Part shown: piece by piece, positions 29,564 through 39,517 of the stretch | How the letters are laid out: the number at the start of each line of letters is the position of its first letter | Position numbering within the stretch: position 1 is the first letter of the stretch | Assembly (NCBI GenBank): GCA_963704485.1 | Contig: OY969910.1 | Span: 3,176,138 to 3,240,137 of the forward strand | From: an uncultured Acidobacteriota bacterium | GTDB taxonomy: Bacteria; Acidobacteriota; Terriglobia; Acidiferrales; UBA7541 | DNA length: 64,000 nt | Direction of reading: 5' to 3' | Translations under genes and position numbers: made by a program | Notes under the pieces: generated by a model | What the model was told of the DNA's origin: nothing | Databases searched by the model: none | The model's input: only the letters and a program-made list of their open reading frames with translations

Positions 29564-31612
29564 CTACCAGATTTTGCAGGCTTCTTCGCGAACCATGGCG
29601 TCACCTTTTTTGCAGCCAAAGGCTTTGGCGAAAGCGTCCATGTCAGAGAGCGGTCCGTTGCCCCGGAAGCGAGCGAGGGGGTGCGGATTGGTATTGGCCT
29701 GTAAACGCGCAGCTTCGGGGCGTTGGTTCGCTCCCCAGACCTGAGCCCAGCCCAGGAAGAAGCGCTGTTCCGGCGTGAAGCCGTCGATTTCCTTGCGGGG
29801 CTTCCCTTCCAAAGATTTTTCGTACGCGGCATAAGCGATGGAAAGGCCGCCGAGGTCGCCGATGCTTTCGCCCAAAACGAGTTTGCCGTTCTGGTGCAAT
29901 CCAGGCTCGACTTCATAGGTGTCGAATTGTTTTGAAACGCAGGTGGCGCGCTCATCGAAATTCTTGCGATCGTCAGCCGTCCACCAGTTGCGCAGGTTGC
30001 CCTGGGGATCGAACTGCGAGCCCTGGTCATCGAAACCGTGGGAAACTTCGTGACCGATCACCGCGCCCATGCCGCCGTAGTTGATGGCGTCGTCCGCTTT
30101 GGGGTCGTAGAAGGGCGGCTGCAGGATACCCGCGGGGAAAACGATCTCGTTCATGGTGGGATTGTAATAAGCATTCACCGTGGGCGGCGTCATGCCCCAT
30201 TCGTTGCGGTCCACCGGCTTGCCGATTTTCGAGAGCTCGCGGGAATTCTCAAACGTGGAAGCGCGGCGCACATTGGCGGCGTAAGAGGTGCGCTCGATGT
30301 CGAGCCTGGAATAATCGCGCCATTTATCGGGATAGCCGATCTTGATGTTGAAGGCTTCCATCTTGGCGATGGCGGCCTTTTTTGTTTCCGGGGTCATCCA
30401 GGAAAGAGTGGGGATGTCGGAACGTAACGCCGCCAACAAGTTGTGAACCATTTCGAGGGCGTGAGCTTTTGCCGCCGGAGGGAAATATTTTTCGACGTAC
30501 ACCTGGCCAAGGGCTTCGCCGACGTTGCGATTTACCGATTGCACGCAGCGCTTCCAGCGGGGCTGGAGCTCCGCCGTGCCGGAAAGGCGCTTGCCGTAGA
30601 AATTAAAATTTTCCTGCACGAAATTGTCGCTGAGCGCCGAAGCAGCGGCATGGATAACGTGCCAGCGGAGATAGGTCTTCCAGTCGGCCAGTGGTGTGGC
30701 GGTGAGCTGGCGATCCATTTCCTTGAAAAAATCGGGCTGACCGATGTTGGTTTCCGTGAGGCCCGGCAGGTTGACGCCGGCAAAGAAAGTGTCCCAGGAC
30801 CAGTCGGGCGTGAGTTCTTTCAGCTGGGCAATGGAAAGTTTGTGATAGTTGGCCTGCGGATCGCGCAGCTGCACGTTGGTGAGCGATGCTTTGGCGAGTG
30901 CGGTTTCGATGTTCATCACCGTTTGTGCGTTGGCGGCGGATTTTTCTGCGGAGTCACCGGCCAGCTGAAACATTTTTGAAACGTGGGCTACGTAGTCGCT
31001 GCGGAGTTGCTTGGAGCGGTCGTCGTCGCGCAGGTAGTAATCGCGATCGGGCATGCCCAAGCCGCCCTGGTCGGCGTCCCCAATGACTTTAGTGCTGTCG
31101 GCAAAATCCTGCGTAGAACTGAAATCAAAAACCGCCTGAATGCCCTCTTTGTGCAGCGCGGCAACTTGCGCGAGTAAGGCGTTGCGGTCGTTCATGGCGT
31201 CAATGGCGGCAAGCTCTCCGGCGATGGGCTTTGCGCCCGCGGCTTCAATAGCCGCGGTGTCCATGCAACTGGCGTAGAAATCGCCTACTTTCTGTTCGTT
31301 AGATCCGCGCGAGGCTTTAGCGGCAGCAGAGGCTTCGGTGATTTGACGAAGCTGAGCGAGATTTTTTTCCTGCAACTCGGCGCTGGTGCTCCATGCGGGC
31401 CGGTCCGCAGGGATGGGATTGTTCTTCATCCACCCACCCATGGCGAATTTGTAAAAGTCCTCGCAGGGTTTGCATGATTTATCGAGATTCGCGGTAGTGA
31501 AGCCCCAGCCCGAGGGGGTGTCGTCCGCGTGGGAGCTGCCGAGCAAAGCGCCCAATCCTGCTACACACACGGTTACAAGCAGGGCGCAGAATTTCAGATG
31601 GTTATTTTTCAC
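29564..31612 (-). CDS. M13 family metallopeptidase (neprilysin/PepO-like)
   Basis: PCEDFY, VNAYY, FPAGILQPPF, GHEVSHGFDD, GESIGDLGG. Confidence 0.95.
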   Translation of the reverse strand: MKNNHLKFCALLVTVCVAGLGALLGSSHADDTPSGWGFTTANLDKSCKPCEDFYKFAMGGWMKNNPIPADRPAWSTSAELQEKNLAQLRQITEASAAAKASRGSNEQKVGDFYASCMDTAAIEAAGAKPIAGELAAIDAMNDRNALLAQVAALHKEGIQAVFDFSSTQDFADSTKVIGDADQGGLGMPDRDYYLRDDDRSKQLRSDYVAHVSKMFQLAGDSAEKSAANAQTVMNIETALAKASLTNVQLRDPQANYHKLSIAQLKELTPDWSWDTFFAGVNLPGLTETNIGQPDFFKEMDRQLTATPLADWKTYLRWHVIHAAASALSDNFVQENFNFYGKRLSGTAELQPRWKRCVQSVNRNVGEALGQVYVEKYFPPAAKAHALEMVHNLLAALRSDIPTLSWMTPETKKAAIAKMEAFNIKIGYPDKWRDYSRLDIERTSYAANVRRASTFENSRELSKIGKPVDRNEWGMTPPTVNAYYNPTMNEIVFPAGILQPPFYDPKADDAINYGGMGAVIGHEVSHGFDDQGSQFDPQGNLRNWWTADDRKNFDERATCVSKQFDTYEVEPGLHQNGKLVLGESIGDLGGLSIAYAAYEKSLEGKPRKEIDGFTPEQRFFLGWAQVWGANQRPEAARLQANTNPHPLARFRGNGPLSDMDAFAKAFGCKKGDAMVREEACKIW

Positions 31613-31682
31613 TTTTCACCTTTAAAAATTGTCGAATCGAAATTCGGGCGCATGCTATTGCGAAACGGCAAATAAATTCCGT

Positions 31683-32180
31683 TTACTTGTGCGCCGCGGG
31701 CAGCGGGGTTTCATACTTGCTGACGTCCACGGATTTCCATTCGCCCTGCTTGATACCGTCGCGAATCTGCGCGGGGGTTTTTCCTTTTTTAGTCTGCTCG
31801 TAGGAATACAAATCCTCGCGCACGCAGATGTCACAGCCGGAGCCATGTTTGCTGACGAAGCAATCGAGAAGTCCAGTGTGGCCCTGGCTGCGGTCGCAAT
31901 GGCAATAGCAAGGTTCCTGGTAGAGAACTTTTTTGATACGACCTGCCACGGTGTAGGCGTTCTGCACAATTGGATCGCCAAAGGTATCAGGACTCATGGT
32001 TGCGGGGAGCGCGCCGGTGGGCGCTTCAGTATGGAAAGCGGGCACGTCGTCGGGTTCGGCTTGCGTTTTGCCGGCGCTGGAAGATTGCTGCGGCAAGAGC
32101 AATAACGCGACAGCACACGCAAAAAGAATCACGAGAGCAGAAATTTTGGGAATCAGGGACACGAGGCTTCTCCGTTTCAA
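31683..32180 (-). CDS. PCYCGC/CYCxC-motif exported Cys-rich protein
   Basis: Signal anchor, then PCYCHC...HTGLLDCF..HGSGCDIC. Confidence 0.8.
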   Translation of the reverse strand: MKRRSLVSLIPKISALVILFACAVALLLLPQQSSSAGKTQAEPDDVPAFHTEAPTGALPATMSPDTFGDPIVQNAYTVAGRIKKVLYQEPCYCHCDRSQGHTGLLDCFVSKHGSGCDICVREDLYSYEQTKKGKTPAQIRDGIKQGEWKSVDVSKYETPLPAAHK

Positions 32181-32428
32181 AGGGAGTATGAAGTTAAAGA
32201 TTGAGCCACTGGCTACTCTACGGCGTAAGCGCTAAAAATTCCACTGGGAGGAGGGCCGTGTATCTTGAGCGGCGCGGCAGGCATCCTAAAGCGGTCAGGG
32301 TAGCGTCACGAACCCGCCGGTTGCATTTCTTCCGCGATGCAACGCAAATGCGGGACAAGCGCACTCGAAGATTCGAATGGGGGAGAGGGGGAGTTGACTG
32401 GGAAGCGGCAGATACCCGGTAGTCCTAC

Positions 32429-32456
32429 TTGACGCCGAGCCGCTTTTGGGTAAACT
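32429..32456 (+). promoter_or_regulatory. Putative sigma70 promoter
   Basis: TTGACG-N16-TAAACT just upstream of ATG 32468. Confidence 0.45.
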
Positions 32457-32467
32457 GCATTTTCTTT

Positions 32468-32755
32468 ATGGCCACGATGGCACAATTCGTACCCGCGGTG
32501 GTGATGCAGGATTTCGACCTGCCCCAACGCGAAGCAGCCTTCTTTTACGGGCTATTTCTGCGCGGACACTCAGCAGAACAGTTGCGGCGCGATATCGAAG
32601 TGCCACAGGCGGTACTGCTGAAGTGGCACCACGAAGCCGAGCGTGAACCGGAATTGCGCGACATCTTCATGCGGATGGTGGAGTATCGCCGACACGTGCT
32701 AGCCATCTTTGACAATCTGGTGGGTTCGGACCTGCAGAACCGCCGGCTACAATAA
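32468..32755 (+). CDS. Small hypothetical protein (helical)
   Basis: 95-aa ORF with typical codon usage and its own promoter candidate. Confidence 0.7.
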   Translation: MATMAQFVPAVVMQDFDLPQREAAFFYGLFLRGHSAEQLRRDIEVPQAVLLKWHHEAEREPELRDIFMRMVEYRRHVLAIFDNLVGSDLQNRRLQ

Positions 32756-32943
32756 ATCCTACCGAAGTTTTCCCGCTATATTTCCAATTCGGAATCGCAT
32801 CAAGATCAACCAACCAACCGGCGTTTTGAACAGTTTTACCTGTACCTGTGGACAGGTTCTAAGTTTTTGAGGCAACTTATTTTTCGCCTTCTGACTCTAA
32901 GCGATTCGGGGACAAGTGTCACAAAATGAAGGGGATTACTCAA

Positions 32944-32972
32944 TTGACGCCAGCGTTTGGCGGAGTTAGAAT
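32944..32972 (+). promoter_or_regulatory. sigma70-type promoter of the GWxTD operon
   Basis: TTGACG-N17-TAGAAT; GAGG RBS before ATG 33003. Confidence 0.6.
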
Positions 32973-33002
32973 CCTCGCTTACCACGGTTGAGGTGTATTT
33001 TC

Positions 33003-34700
33003 ATGCCCAGGGTTACACGCGCCCTTTTGACTTCGTTTTCCTTTTTACTCCTGACTGTACCCCTCCTGCGGGCGCAGCAGGAAGGCCAGGATCCGGCCGC
33101 TCCGCAAAAGCTGGATAAAAACCAGAAAAAGAAGATTCGCAAGACGCTGAAAGAATTAGACACTCCTTATAAACAGTGGCTGAACGAGGACGTGGTCTAC
33201 ATTATTTCGCCCGAGGAGCGCAACGCGTTCGGGCAACTTGCGACCAATGAAGAGCGCGAGCAATTCATTGAGCAATTCTGGCTTCGCCGCAGCACCAATC
33301 CGGATCTGCCGGACAACGAATTCAAGGAAGAGCATTACCGTCGCATCGCCTACGCCAACGAGCATTACGCATCGGGAATACCGGGCTGGAAGACGGATCG
33401 CGGCCACATGTATATCGTGTGGGGACCACCTGACGAAATTGAGAGCCATCCCACTGGCGGAACTTATGACCGGCCCATGAATGAGGGCGGTGGTTCGACT
33501 TCTACTTACCCGTGGGAAACATGGCGCTGGCGCTACATCGAGGGCATGGGAGAAAACGTGATTATGGAATTCGTCGATCCCAGCGGATCCGGCGAATACC
33601 ATCTGACCATGGATCCGTCGGAGAAGGACGCGCTTCTGCATGTGCCGGGGGCGGGCCTGAGCCAAATGGAACAGATGGGCCTGGCGTCGAAGACGGACCG
33701 ATTTACGCGCTCAGACGGCACCAACTTGCCGACGGCGTTCGGGGGCCAGCCCGCGAGCATGAATGAATTCACGCGACTGGAAGCGTACGCCAACGCGTTC
33801 AAACCGCCAGCCGTAAAATTTAAGGATCTGGAAGCGATCGTGACGTCGCGCATCGTGAGAGATCAGGTGCGTTTCTCGTGGCGGACCGATTTCCTGAAAG
33901 TTACGAACGACACCGTGCTGGTTCCGGTGACCGTGCAGATCCCCAACAACCAATTGTCGTTTCAATCGAAAGAGGGAGTGCACTCGGCGACGATCAACGT
34001 TTTCGGTCGCGTGAGCACGCTTACGGGCCGGGTAGTGCAGACCTTCGAAGATTCGGTGAGCAGGGATTTTCCTGAGTCGCTGTTCCAGCAGTCGGTGAAA
34101 CTGCAATCTATTTACCAAAAAGCGGTGCCGCTGCGGCCGGGATTGTACCGGCTCGACCTGGTGATCAAGGACGTGCAGAGCGGAAATGTGGGTGTCGTGA
34201 ACTCTCGTTTGCAGGTACCGCGCTATGAGGATGACAAGCTGGAATCCAGTTCGTTGATACTTGCCGACCAGATCGAGCATGTGCCCGCCAAGCAGATTGG
34301 CAGCGGGCAATTCGTGCTGGGCTCGTCCAAGGTGCGGCCTCGACTGGAAGGCGATTTCACTACCGCGGACAAATTGGGAATTTACATGCAGGTCTATAAC
34401 CTGAAGCCGGACGACAAGACCCATAAATCGAACGCCGCTTTTCAATACACTGTGAAGAAGGCCGGCGCACAGGTCATGCAGTTCAAGGAAACGTCCGAAG
34501 ACATGAAGCAATCGGGCGATCAAATCACCATCGAGCGGCTGCTGCCTTTGGCCACCCTGGCGCCGGGCAAATACACGCTAGAAATTAATGCCACGGACAC
34601 ACTTTCGAATCAGACAATCTTGCGGACAGCGGATTTCACGGTGAAGGCCCCGGTGGAAACAAAGACGGCGGCGGTGGTAAAGCCTGGAGGCGCAAAGTGA
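33003..34700 (+). CDS. GWxTD domain-containing protein
   Basis: Signal peptide; WLNEDVVYII, FIEQFW, EHYRRIAYANEHY, PGWKTDRG.MYIVWGPPDEIE; beta-sandwich C-terminus. Confidence 0.92.
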   Translation: MPRVTRALLTSFSFLLLTVPLLRAQQEGQDPAAPQKLDKNQKKKIRKTLKELDTPYKQWLNEDVVYIISPEERNAFGQLATNEEREQFIEQFWLRRSTNPDLPDNEFKEEHYRRIAYANEHYASGIPGWKTDRGHMYIVWGPPDEIESHPTGGTYDRPMNEGGGSTSTYPWETWRWRYIEGMGENVIMEFVDPSGSGEYHLTMDPSEKDALLHVPGAGLSQMEQMGLASKTDRFTRSDGTNLPTAFGGQPASMNEFTRLEAYANAFKPPAVKFKDLEAIVTSRIVRDQVRFSWRTDFLKVTNDTVLVPVTVQIPNNQLSFQSKEGVHSATINVFGRVSTLTGRVVQTFEDSVSRDFPESLFQQSVKLQSIYQKAVPLRPGLYRLDLVIKDVQSGNVGVVNSRLQVPRYEDDKLESSSLILADQIEHVPAKQIGSGQFVLGSSKVRPRLEGDFTTADKLGIYMQVYNLKPDDKTHKSNAAFQYTVKKAGAQVMQFKETSEDMKQSGDQITIERLLPLATLAPGKYTLEINATDTLSNQTILRTADFTVKAPVETKTAAVVKPGGAK

Positions 34701-36514
34701 AGCAAAGAAGGATCCCGGAATTCGGGGCCCTGGAGCTGGCGCTGGTTCTGAGCGCCTTGTGCGTGACCGTCGGCACCTCGCCGGCGAAGGCGCAGAAGAA
34801 CACTATTGTCACTTTGAAGTCGGGTGGATCTAACAGCAGCGCGGCAAACACAGTGCCGGGTGCCGGGAAGCTTGCGGGCATGGTGCTGGACGGAACGGGC
34901 ACGCCGCAAATGGGCGCCAGTGTGGAACTCCTCGCGGAGGCCTCCGGCGCAACGGCTGCGCGTGATTTGTTGACAAACACGCAGGGAATATTCCGGGGCG
35001 AGAAGCTTGCTCCGGGGCTTTACACCGTGCGGGTGACTCTGGCGGGATTTTTGCCCACGCTTGAAAAGCACGTGCGCATCAATCCCAACATTACTACTGT
35101 GGTGCGGGTACAAATGGAGTCGATGTTTGCGTCGCTGGAACAGTTGCGGCGGCAGCCGGTAAATGTTCCGGTGGAAGGCGACGACTGGAAGTGGGTGCTG
35201 CGCTCCGCGTCCGCCACGCGACCGGTGCTCGAGTGGATGGGCGACGCCCAGATTGTGCAGGTGGCGGACGCCAGTCGGGATCGCGGCAGGCCTCGGCAGC
35301 CGCGCGCAAGACTCGAATTTACGGATGGTGCGCGTCACCTGGGCTCCGGTTCGAACCTGGTATCGGCGCCGGCGACGGCGTTTGCCTACGATCAAAGCCT
35401 GGGCGGGACCAGCAGGATCATCCTCGCCGGGCAAATGAGTTACGATCAGGATTCGCCAGCCGGAAGTATCGCGACGGTGTGGCTGCCCACGGGATCTTTA
35501 GGCGCCGGTCCGCACACCGCATTGGTTTTGCGTGAAGCAAAATTGGGACCCGACGGACAAACTTTCCGCGGTGTCCGCATCGACCAGGGCGGCTCCATTG
35601 CGCTCGGCGATCGCGCGATTCTGAGCTACGGCGGCGAATACGTTTTGGTTGGACTGGGAGCAGCGGCTTCTTCACTGCGGCCCCGAACGAAGTTGAATGT
35701 GCGCGTGAATGATGATTGGAACGCTACGCTGGTTTTCACTTCAATCCCGAACGGGCCCGGACCGCTGGAAGCTGCAGACAGCGAGTTAGGAACTAATGCG
35801 CTGGCGGCCGCGCTGGATGAACTGGACGGATTCCCGACACTGTTGTGGCGCGGCGGGAAGCCGGTGCTGCAAAACGGTTGGCACGAGGAAGCCGCTGCGG
35901 AGAGGAAGATTGGAACGCGCGGCAAAGTGCAGGTAGCCGGCTTCCACGACGATAACCGGCATGTGGCAGTCTTCGGACGCGGTAACAATCTGCCTGCCGC
36001 TGACTACTTTCAGGATTATTTTTCGAATGGATTCGCATATGACGGAGGTTCGTCCAGCAGTTGGGGAACGCGAGTGGCGATTCGCGAAAAGCTCGATGAT
36101 GACGTGGAATTGACGGCAGTGTACGCGTTCGCGGGAGCCTTGGCGCCAGGCGACGACACGAATGGTGGGCTGCGGGACGTTTTGCGCACCGCGCCGCGGC
36201 ACTCGCTGGGAGCGAGCGTTTCGGCCAAGGTTCCCCGGGCGGGAACCAAGGTGGAGGCCGGCTATAAGTGGGTCAGCGGAGTAACAGTTTCGCGGGTAGA
36301 CTCCTACGGCGAATCGATTTACCAGCTGGATCCCTACCTGCACATCGGAGTGCGACAACCGCTGCCAAGATTCGCGTTGGGCCGTTGGGAAGCAGAGGCA
36401 GATTGCGACAATCTGCTGGCCCAGGGTGGCGTGACGCTGAATACCCGGGACGGGCGGACAACATTAGTACCGGCCTTCCGCAGTTTCCGCGGCGGACTAA
36501 GCGTACAGTTTTGA
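34697..36514 (+). CDS. Carboxypeptidase-regulatory-like domain protein, probable outer-membrane beta-barrel
   Basis: GTGA overlap with the GWxTD stop; G.V.DGTGTPQMGA...PGLYTVRVTLAGF domain; amphipathic strands; C-terminal GGLSVQF. Confidence 0.75.
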   Translation: MKQRRIPEFGALELALVLSALCVTVGTSPAKAQKNTIVTLKSGGSNSSAANTVPGAGKLAGMVLDGTGTPQMGASVELLAEASGATAARDLLTNTQGIFRGEKLAPGLYTVRVTLAGFLPTLEKHVRINPNITTVVRVQMESMFASLEQLRRQPVNVPVEGDDWKWVLRSASATRPVLEWMGDAQIVQVADASRDRGRPRQPRARLEFTDGARHLGSGSNLVSAPATAFAYDQSLGGTSRIILAGQMSYDQDSPAGSIATVWLPTGSLGAGPHTALVLREAKLGPDGQTFRGVRIDQGGSIALGDRAILSYGGEYVLVGLGAAASSLRPRTKLNVRVNDDWNATLVFTSIPNGPGPLEAADSELGTNALAAALDELDGFPTLLWRGGKPVLQNGWHEEAAAERKIGTRGKVQVAGFHDDNRHVAVFGRGNNLPAADYFQDYFSNGFAYDGGSSSSWGTRVAIREKLDDDVELTAVYAFAGALAPGDDTNGGLRDVLRTAPRHSLGASVSAKVPRAGTKVEAGYKWVSGVTVSRVDSYGESIYQLDPYLHIGVRQPLPRFALGRWEAEADCDNLLAQGGVTLNTRDGRTTLVPAFRSFRGGLSVQF

Positions 36515-36697
36515 CAATTCAGGCTTTAGAAAGCCATATCTGCTCTCCCGAATACTGTATCCCCTTATTGTCCCGCCGCGTTTGCCCCTCAAAACGTCAG
36601 ATTTAGAAGGGTTTAGCTCAGGCCGTCTTCGCGAACGGTTGGTCTCTGATTTGCACCGTGATCGTTACGGGAAGGTGTCTCCCATTCGAGTCACGGC

Positions 36698-39517
36698 ATG
36701 AAGCAGAACCTGCGGGTCAGTCTCGGGGCGGTCGTGCTGGCGCTCGCAACGCTGGCGGCGGTGATCTTCGCGTACATCAATTTCCAGCAACGCTCCAAGT
36801 ATGAACTGGTGGACGACGGCGTTGCCTGGCTGGACACCGATCACGGGGTAGAGGCCTGGAAAGTTAGCCCCGGTTCATCGGGAACGTTGGCTGGCGTGCG
36901 CCAGGGTGATCGTCTGATCGCGATTGACGGAATCCCCGTAGCGCGCGCGGTCCAGGTAACCATGCGCTTGACGCGCGCAGGCCTGTGGACGCAGGTGCGC
37001 TACAAGCTGTCACGCCAGGGACAGGAATTCGAAACTCCGCTGGTGACTGCTCCCGCAGAGAAACCTACCTCGATTGAAAATTACCTTCGCGTGGTGGGGC
37101 TGCTGTACCTGTTTATCGGACTATTTATTTTTGCGCGGCGGTGGAACGCGCCCAAGGCTGTACATTTCTACGTTTTCTGCCTGGTGTCGTTCATCCTTTA
37201 TTCGTTCCATTACAGCGGGAAGCTGGACAGCTTCGATCAGGAAGTGTACTGGGCCAACATCGTGGCTCGATTGCTGGCGCCGGCGCTGCTGCTGCACTTC
37301 GCGCTGGTTTTTCCGGGACGCACGGAGACGACATTTCGCTCTTCGTCGAAACTGCTGACGGTATATCTGCTGCCGCTGGCGTTGTTGCTGGTGCACATCA
37401 GCACGGCGCGCAACACTTTGGGGTTCGTACCCTGGCTTGGTTCGCGCATTCTGCTGGATAAGATCGAACTGAGTTTTCTGGGCGCTTGTTTTCTGGCCGC
37501 GGGTCTGGGCTTTTACAGAAATTTTCGCGCCGCGCCTTCGGGCGTTCTGCGCCAGCAGTTAAAGTGGCTCACCGGCGGAACAATCGCAGGAACCCTGCCA
37601 TTCACAACTTTCTACATTCTGCCTTTTGTCATGAATCTCGGGCCCGAGGCATGGATGCAATTTTCCGCCGTAAGCCTGGTGCTGATCCCCTTGTGCTTCG
37701 GCTACGCGGTAATCCGCTACCGCTTGATGGATGTGGATATTATTTTCAAGCGCGGGCTGGCGTATACGGCGGCAACGGCGGGTGTTGCGGCAGTGTACTT
37801 CGCGCTGGTGGCGCTGCTGGCGCAGATCTTCCACGCGCAAACTACTGGGCCTGTTGGCGGCATGATCGCCATCGTGATTGCGGCGTTTCTATTTCAGCCC
37901 TTCCGCGAATGGACGCAAGCGCGGCTGGACAGATTTTTTTACCGCGACCGGCTTGATTATCGCCGCACGCTTATCGAATTTGGACGCACGCTGACCAATG
38001 AAGTGCGCCTTGAGCCGATGTTGGGCTCGGTGATGGATCGCGTTTCGCAGACGCTGCTGGTAGATCGCCTGGCGATTTTTCAGGAAGACCCAGCGAATCC
38101 GGGGCACATGCGGTTGGCCCGTTCGATGGGCGTGCGTTTAGCAGAACCACTCGACCTTAGCTTCCTCGAGCCGGCCCGGCCCGAGTTCGCCCGTGGGGCG
38201 CTCTTTTTTGAGTCGCCCCGCGCGGCGAGAGACGTGGATGACTCGGTGCGCCGCACGCTGGAGCAGCTGGATCTTAATTATTTTGTGCCCTGCCGCATCC
38301 GCGAACACACTGTTGCAGTTCTGGGGTTGGGCAAAACGGTGGACGGAGATTTTCTTTCGAGCGACGACGTGGAGTTGGTGGAAACCATCGCCGGCTACGT
38401 AGCCATCGCCCTGGATAATTCGCAGCTGTACACATCGCTGGAGCAGAAAGCCGTTGAAATTGCGCGGCTCAAGGATTTCAGCGAAAACATCGTGGAGTCA
38501 CTTAACGTTGGAGTGTTGGCCGTGGATCTGGCGGGCCTGGTGGAGTCGTGGAACACGCGCATGGAGCAATTATTTGGCGTGGCGCGGCAGCAAGCGGTGG
38601 GCCAGCAACTCAGCTCCCTGTTGCCGATGGAGTTAGCCACCGAAATCGTGGCCCGCGGCGACGCGGAACAGATCACCGGGATTTATAAGCAGCGGTTGCA
38701 GCACCTGGGAAAGACGCTGACTTTGAATGTTTCCATCACGCCGCTGGTGAGCAAATCGGGAGAGCGTATCGGACGTTTGTTGCTCTTCGATGATGTGACC
38801 CAACGCGAAAGCATGGAACAGCAAATGACCCAGACGGAAAAATTGACGTCCCTGGGACTGCTGGCTGCGGGCGTGGCGCACGAAGTGAATACTCCGCTGG
38901 CGGTAATTTCCAATTACATCCAGATGCTGGCGAAGCAGATGCCGGAAGGCGATCCCAAGCAAGCTATTATCGAAAAGATTGTGAAGCAGACATTTCGCGC
39001 CAGCGAAATCGTAAATAATTTATTGAATTTTTCCCGTACGGGCGCTGCGGAAGTCGTGGACATCGACGTGAATCGCGTCGTGGAAGAGACCCTTTCGCTG
39101 GTGGCCCACCCGTTAAAGACCTCGCAGATTCAGGTGGTGCGGCAACTAGGAAATACCCTTCCGGCGGTGCGCGGGTCCGCGAACAAATTGCAGCAAGTAT
39201 TTTTGAATTTGTTTTTGAATGCGCGCGACGCCATGCCCGGCGGCGGAATGCTGGAAATACGCACGACCGCGCACAACGGCAGCGTGGAAGTGGAAATAGC
39301 CGACACCGGCGCGGGAATTGCGCGCGAGCACATTCACAGAATTTTCGATCCGTTTTTTACTACCAAGGCCACCGGCCGCGGAACCGGACTAGGACTTTCC
39401 GTAAGTTACGGAATCATCAAGGAACATTCCGGGAAGATTGATGTACGCTCCACGCCCGGCAAAGGCACGTCGTTTCATGTGGAATTCCCGGCGGTCAGGA
39501 AAGCGATTCATGTCTAA
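36698..39517 (+). CDS. Sensor histidine kinase (PDZ, multi-TM, GAF, PAS, HisKA, HATPase)
   Basis: AGVRQGDRLIAIDG (PDZ), AHEVNTPL, QVFLNLFLNARDAM, DTGAGI, IFDPFFTTK, GTGLGL. Confidence 0.93.
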   Translation: MKQNLRVSLGAVVLALATLAAVIFAYINFQQRSKYELVDDGVAWLDTDHGVEAWKVSPGSSGTLAGVRQGDRLIAIDGIPVARAVQVTMRLTRAGLWTQVRYKLSRQGQEFETPLVTAPAEKPTSIENYLRVVGLLYLFIGLFIFARRWNAPKAVHFYVFCLVSFILYSFHYSGKLDSFDQEVYWANIVARLLAPALLLHFALVFPGRTETTFRSSSKLLTVYLLPLALLLVHISTARNTLGFVPWLGSRILLDKIELSFLGACFLAAGLGFYRNFRAAPSGVLRQQLKWLTGGTIAGTLPFTTFYILPFVMNLGPEAWMQFSAVSLVLIPLCFGYAVIRYRLMDVDIIFKRGLAYTAATAGVAAVYFALVALLAQIFHAQTTGPVGGMIAIVIAAFLFQPFREWTQARLDRFFYRDRLDYRRTLIEFGRTLTNEVRLEPMLGSVMDRVSQTLLVDRLAIFQEDPANPGHMRLARSMGVRLAEPLDLSFLEPARPEFARGALFFESPRAARDVDDSVRRTLEQLDLNYFVPCRIREHTVAVLGLGKTVDGDFLSSDDVELVETIAGYVAIALDNSQLYTSLEQKAVEIARLKDFSENIVESLNVGVLAVDLAGLVESWNTRMEQLFGVARQQAVGQQLSSLLPMELATEIVARGDAEQITGIYKQRLQHLGKTLTLNVSITPLVSKSGERIGRLLLFDDVTQRESMEQQMTQTEKLTSLGLLAAGVAHEVNTPLAVISNYIQMLAKQMPEGDPKQAIIEKIVKQTFRASEIVNNLLNFSRTGAAEVVDIDVNRVVEETLSLVAHPLKTSQIQVVRQLGNTLPAVRGSANKLQQVFLNLFLNARDAMPGGGMLEIRTTAHNGSVEVEIADTGAGIAREHIHRIFDPFFTTKATGRGTGLGLSVSYGIIKEHSGKIDVRSTPGKGTSFHVEFPAVRKAIHV

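Noticed and set aside
39471-39486. parS-like CGTTTCATGTGGAATT inside the kinase gene
   Set aside because: Isolated and imperfect; explained by the codons for the common HATPase C-terminal SFHVEF.
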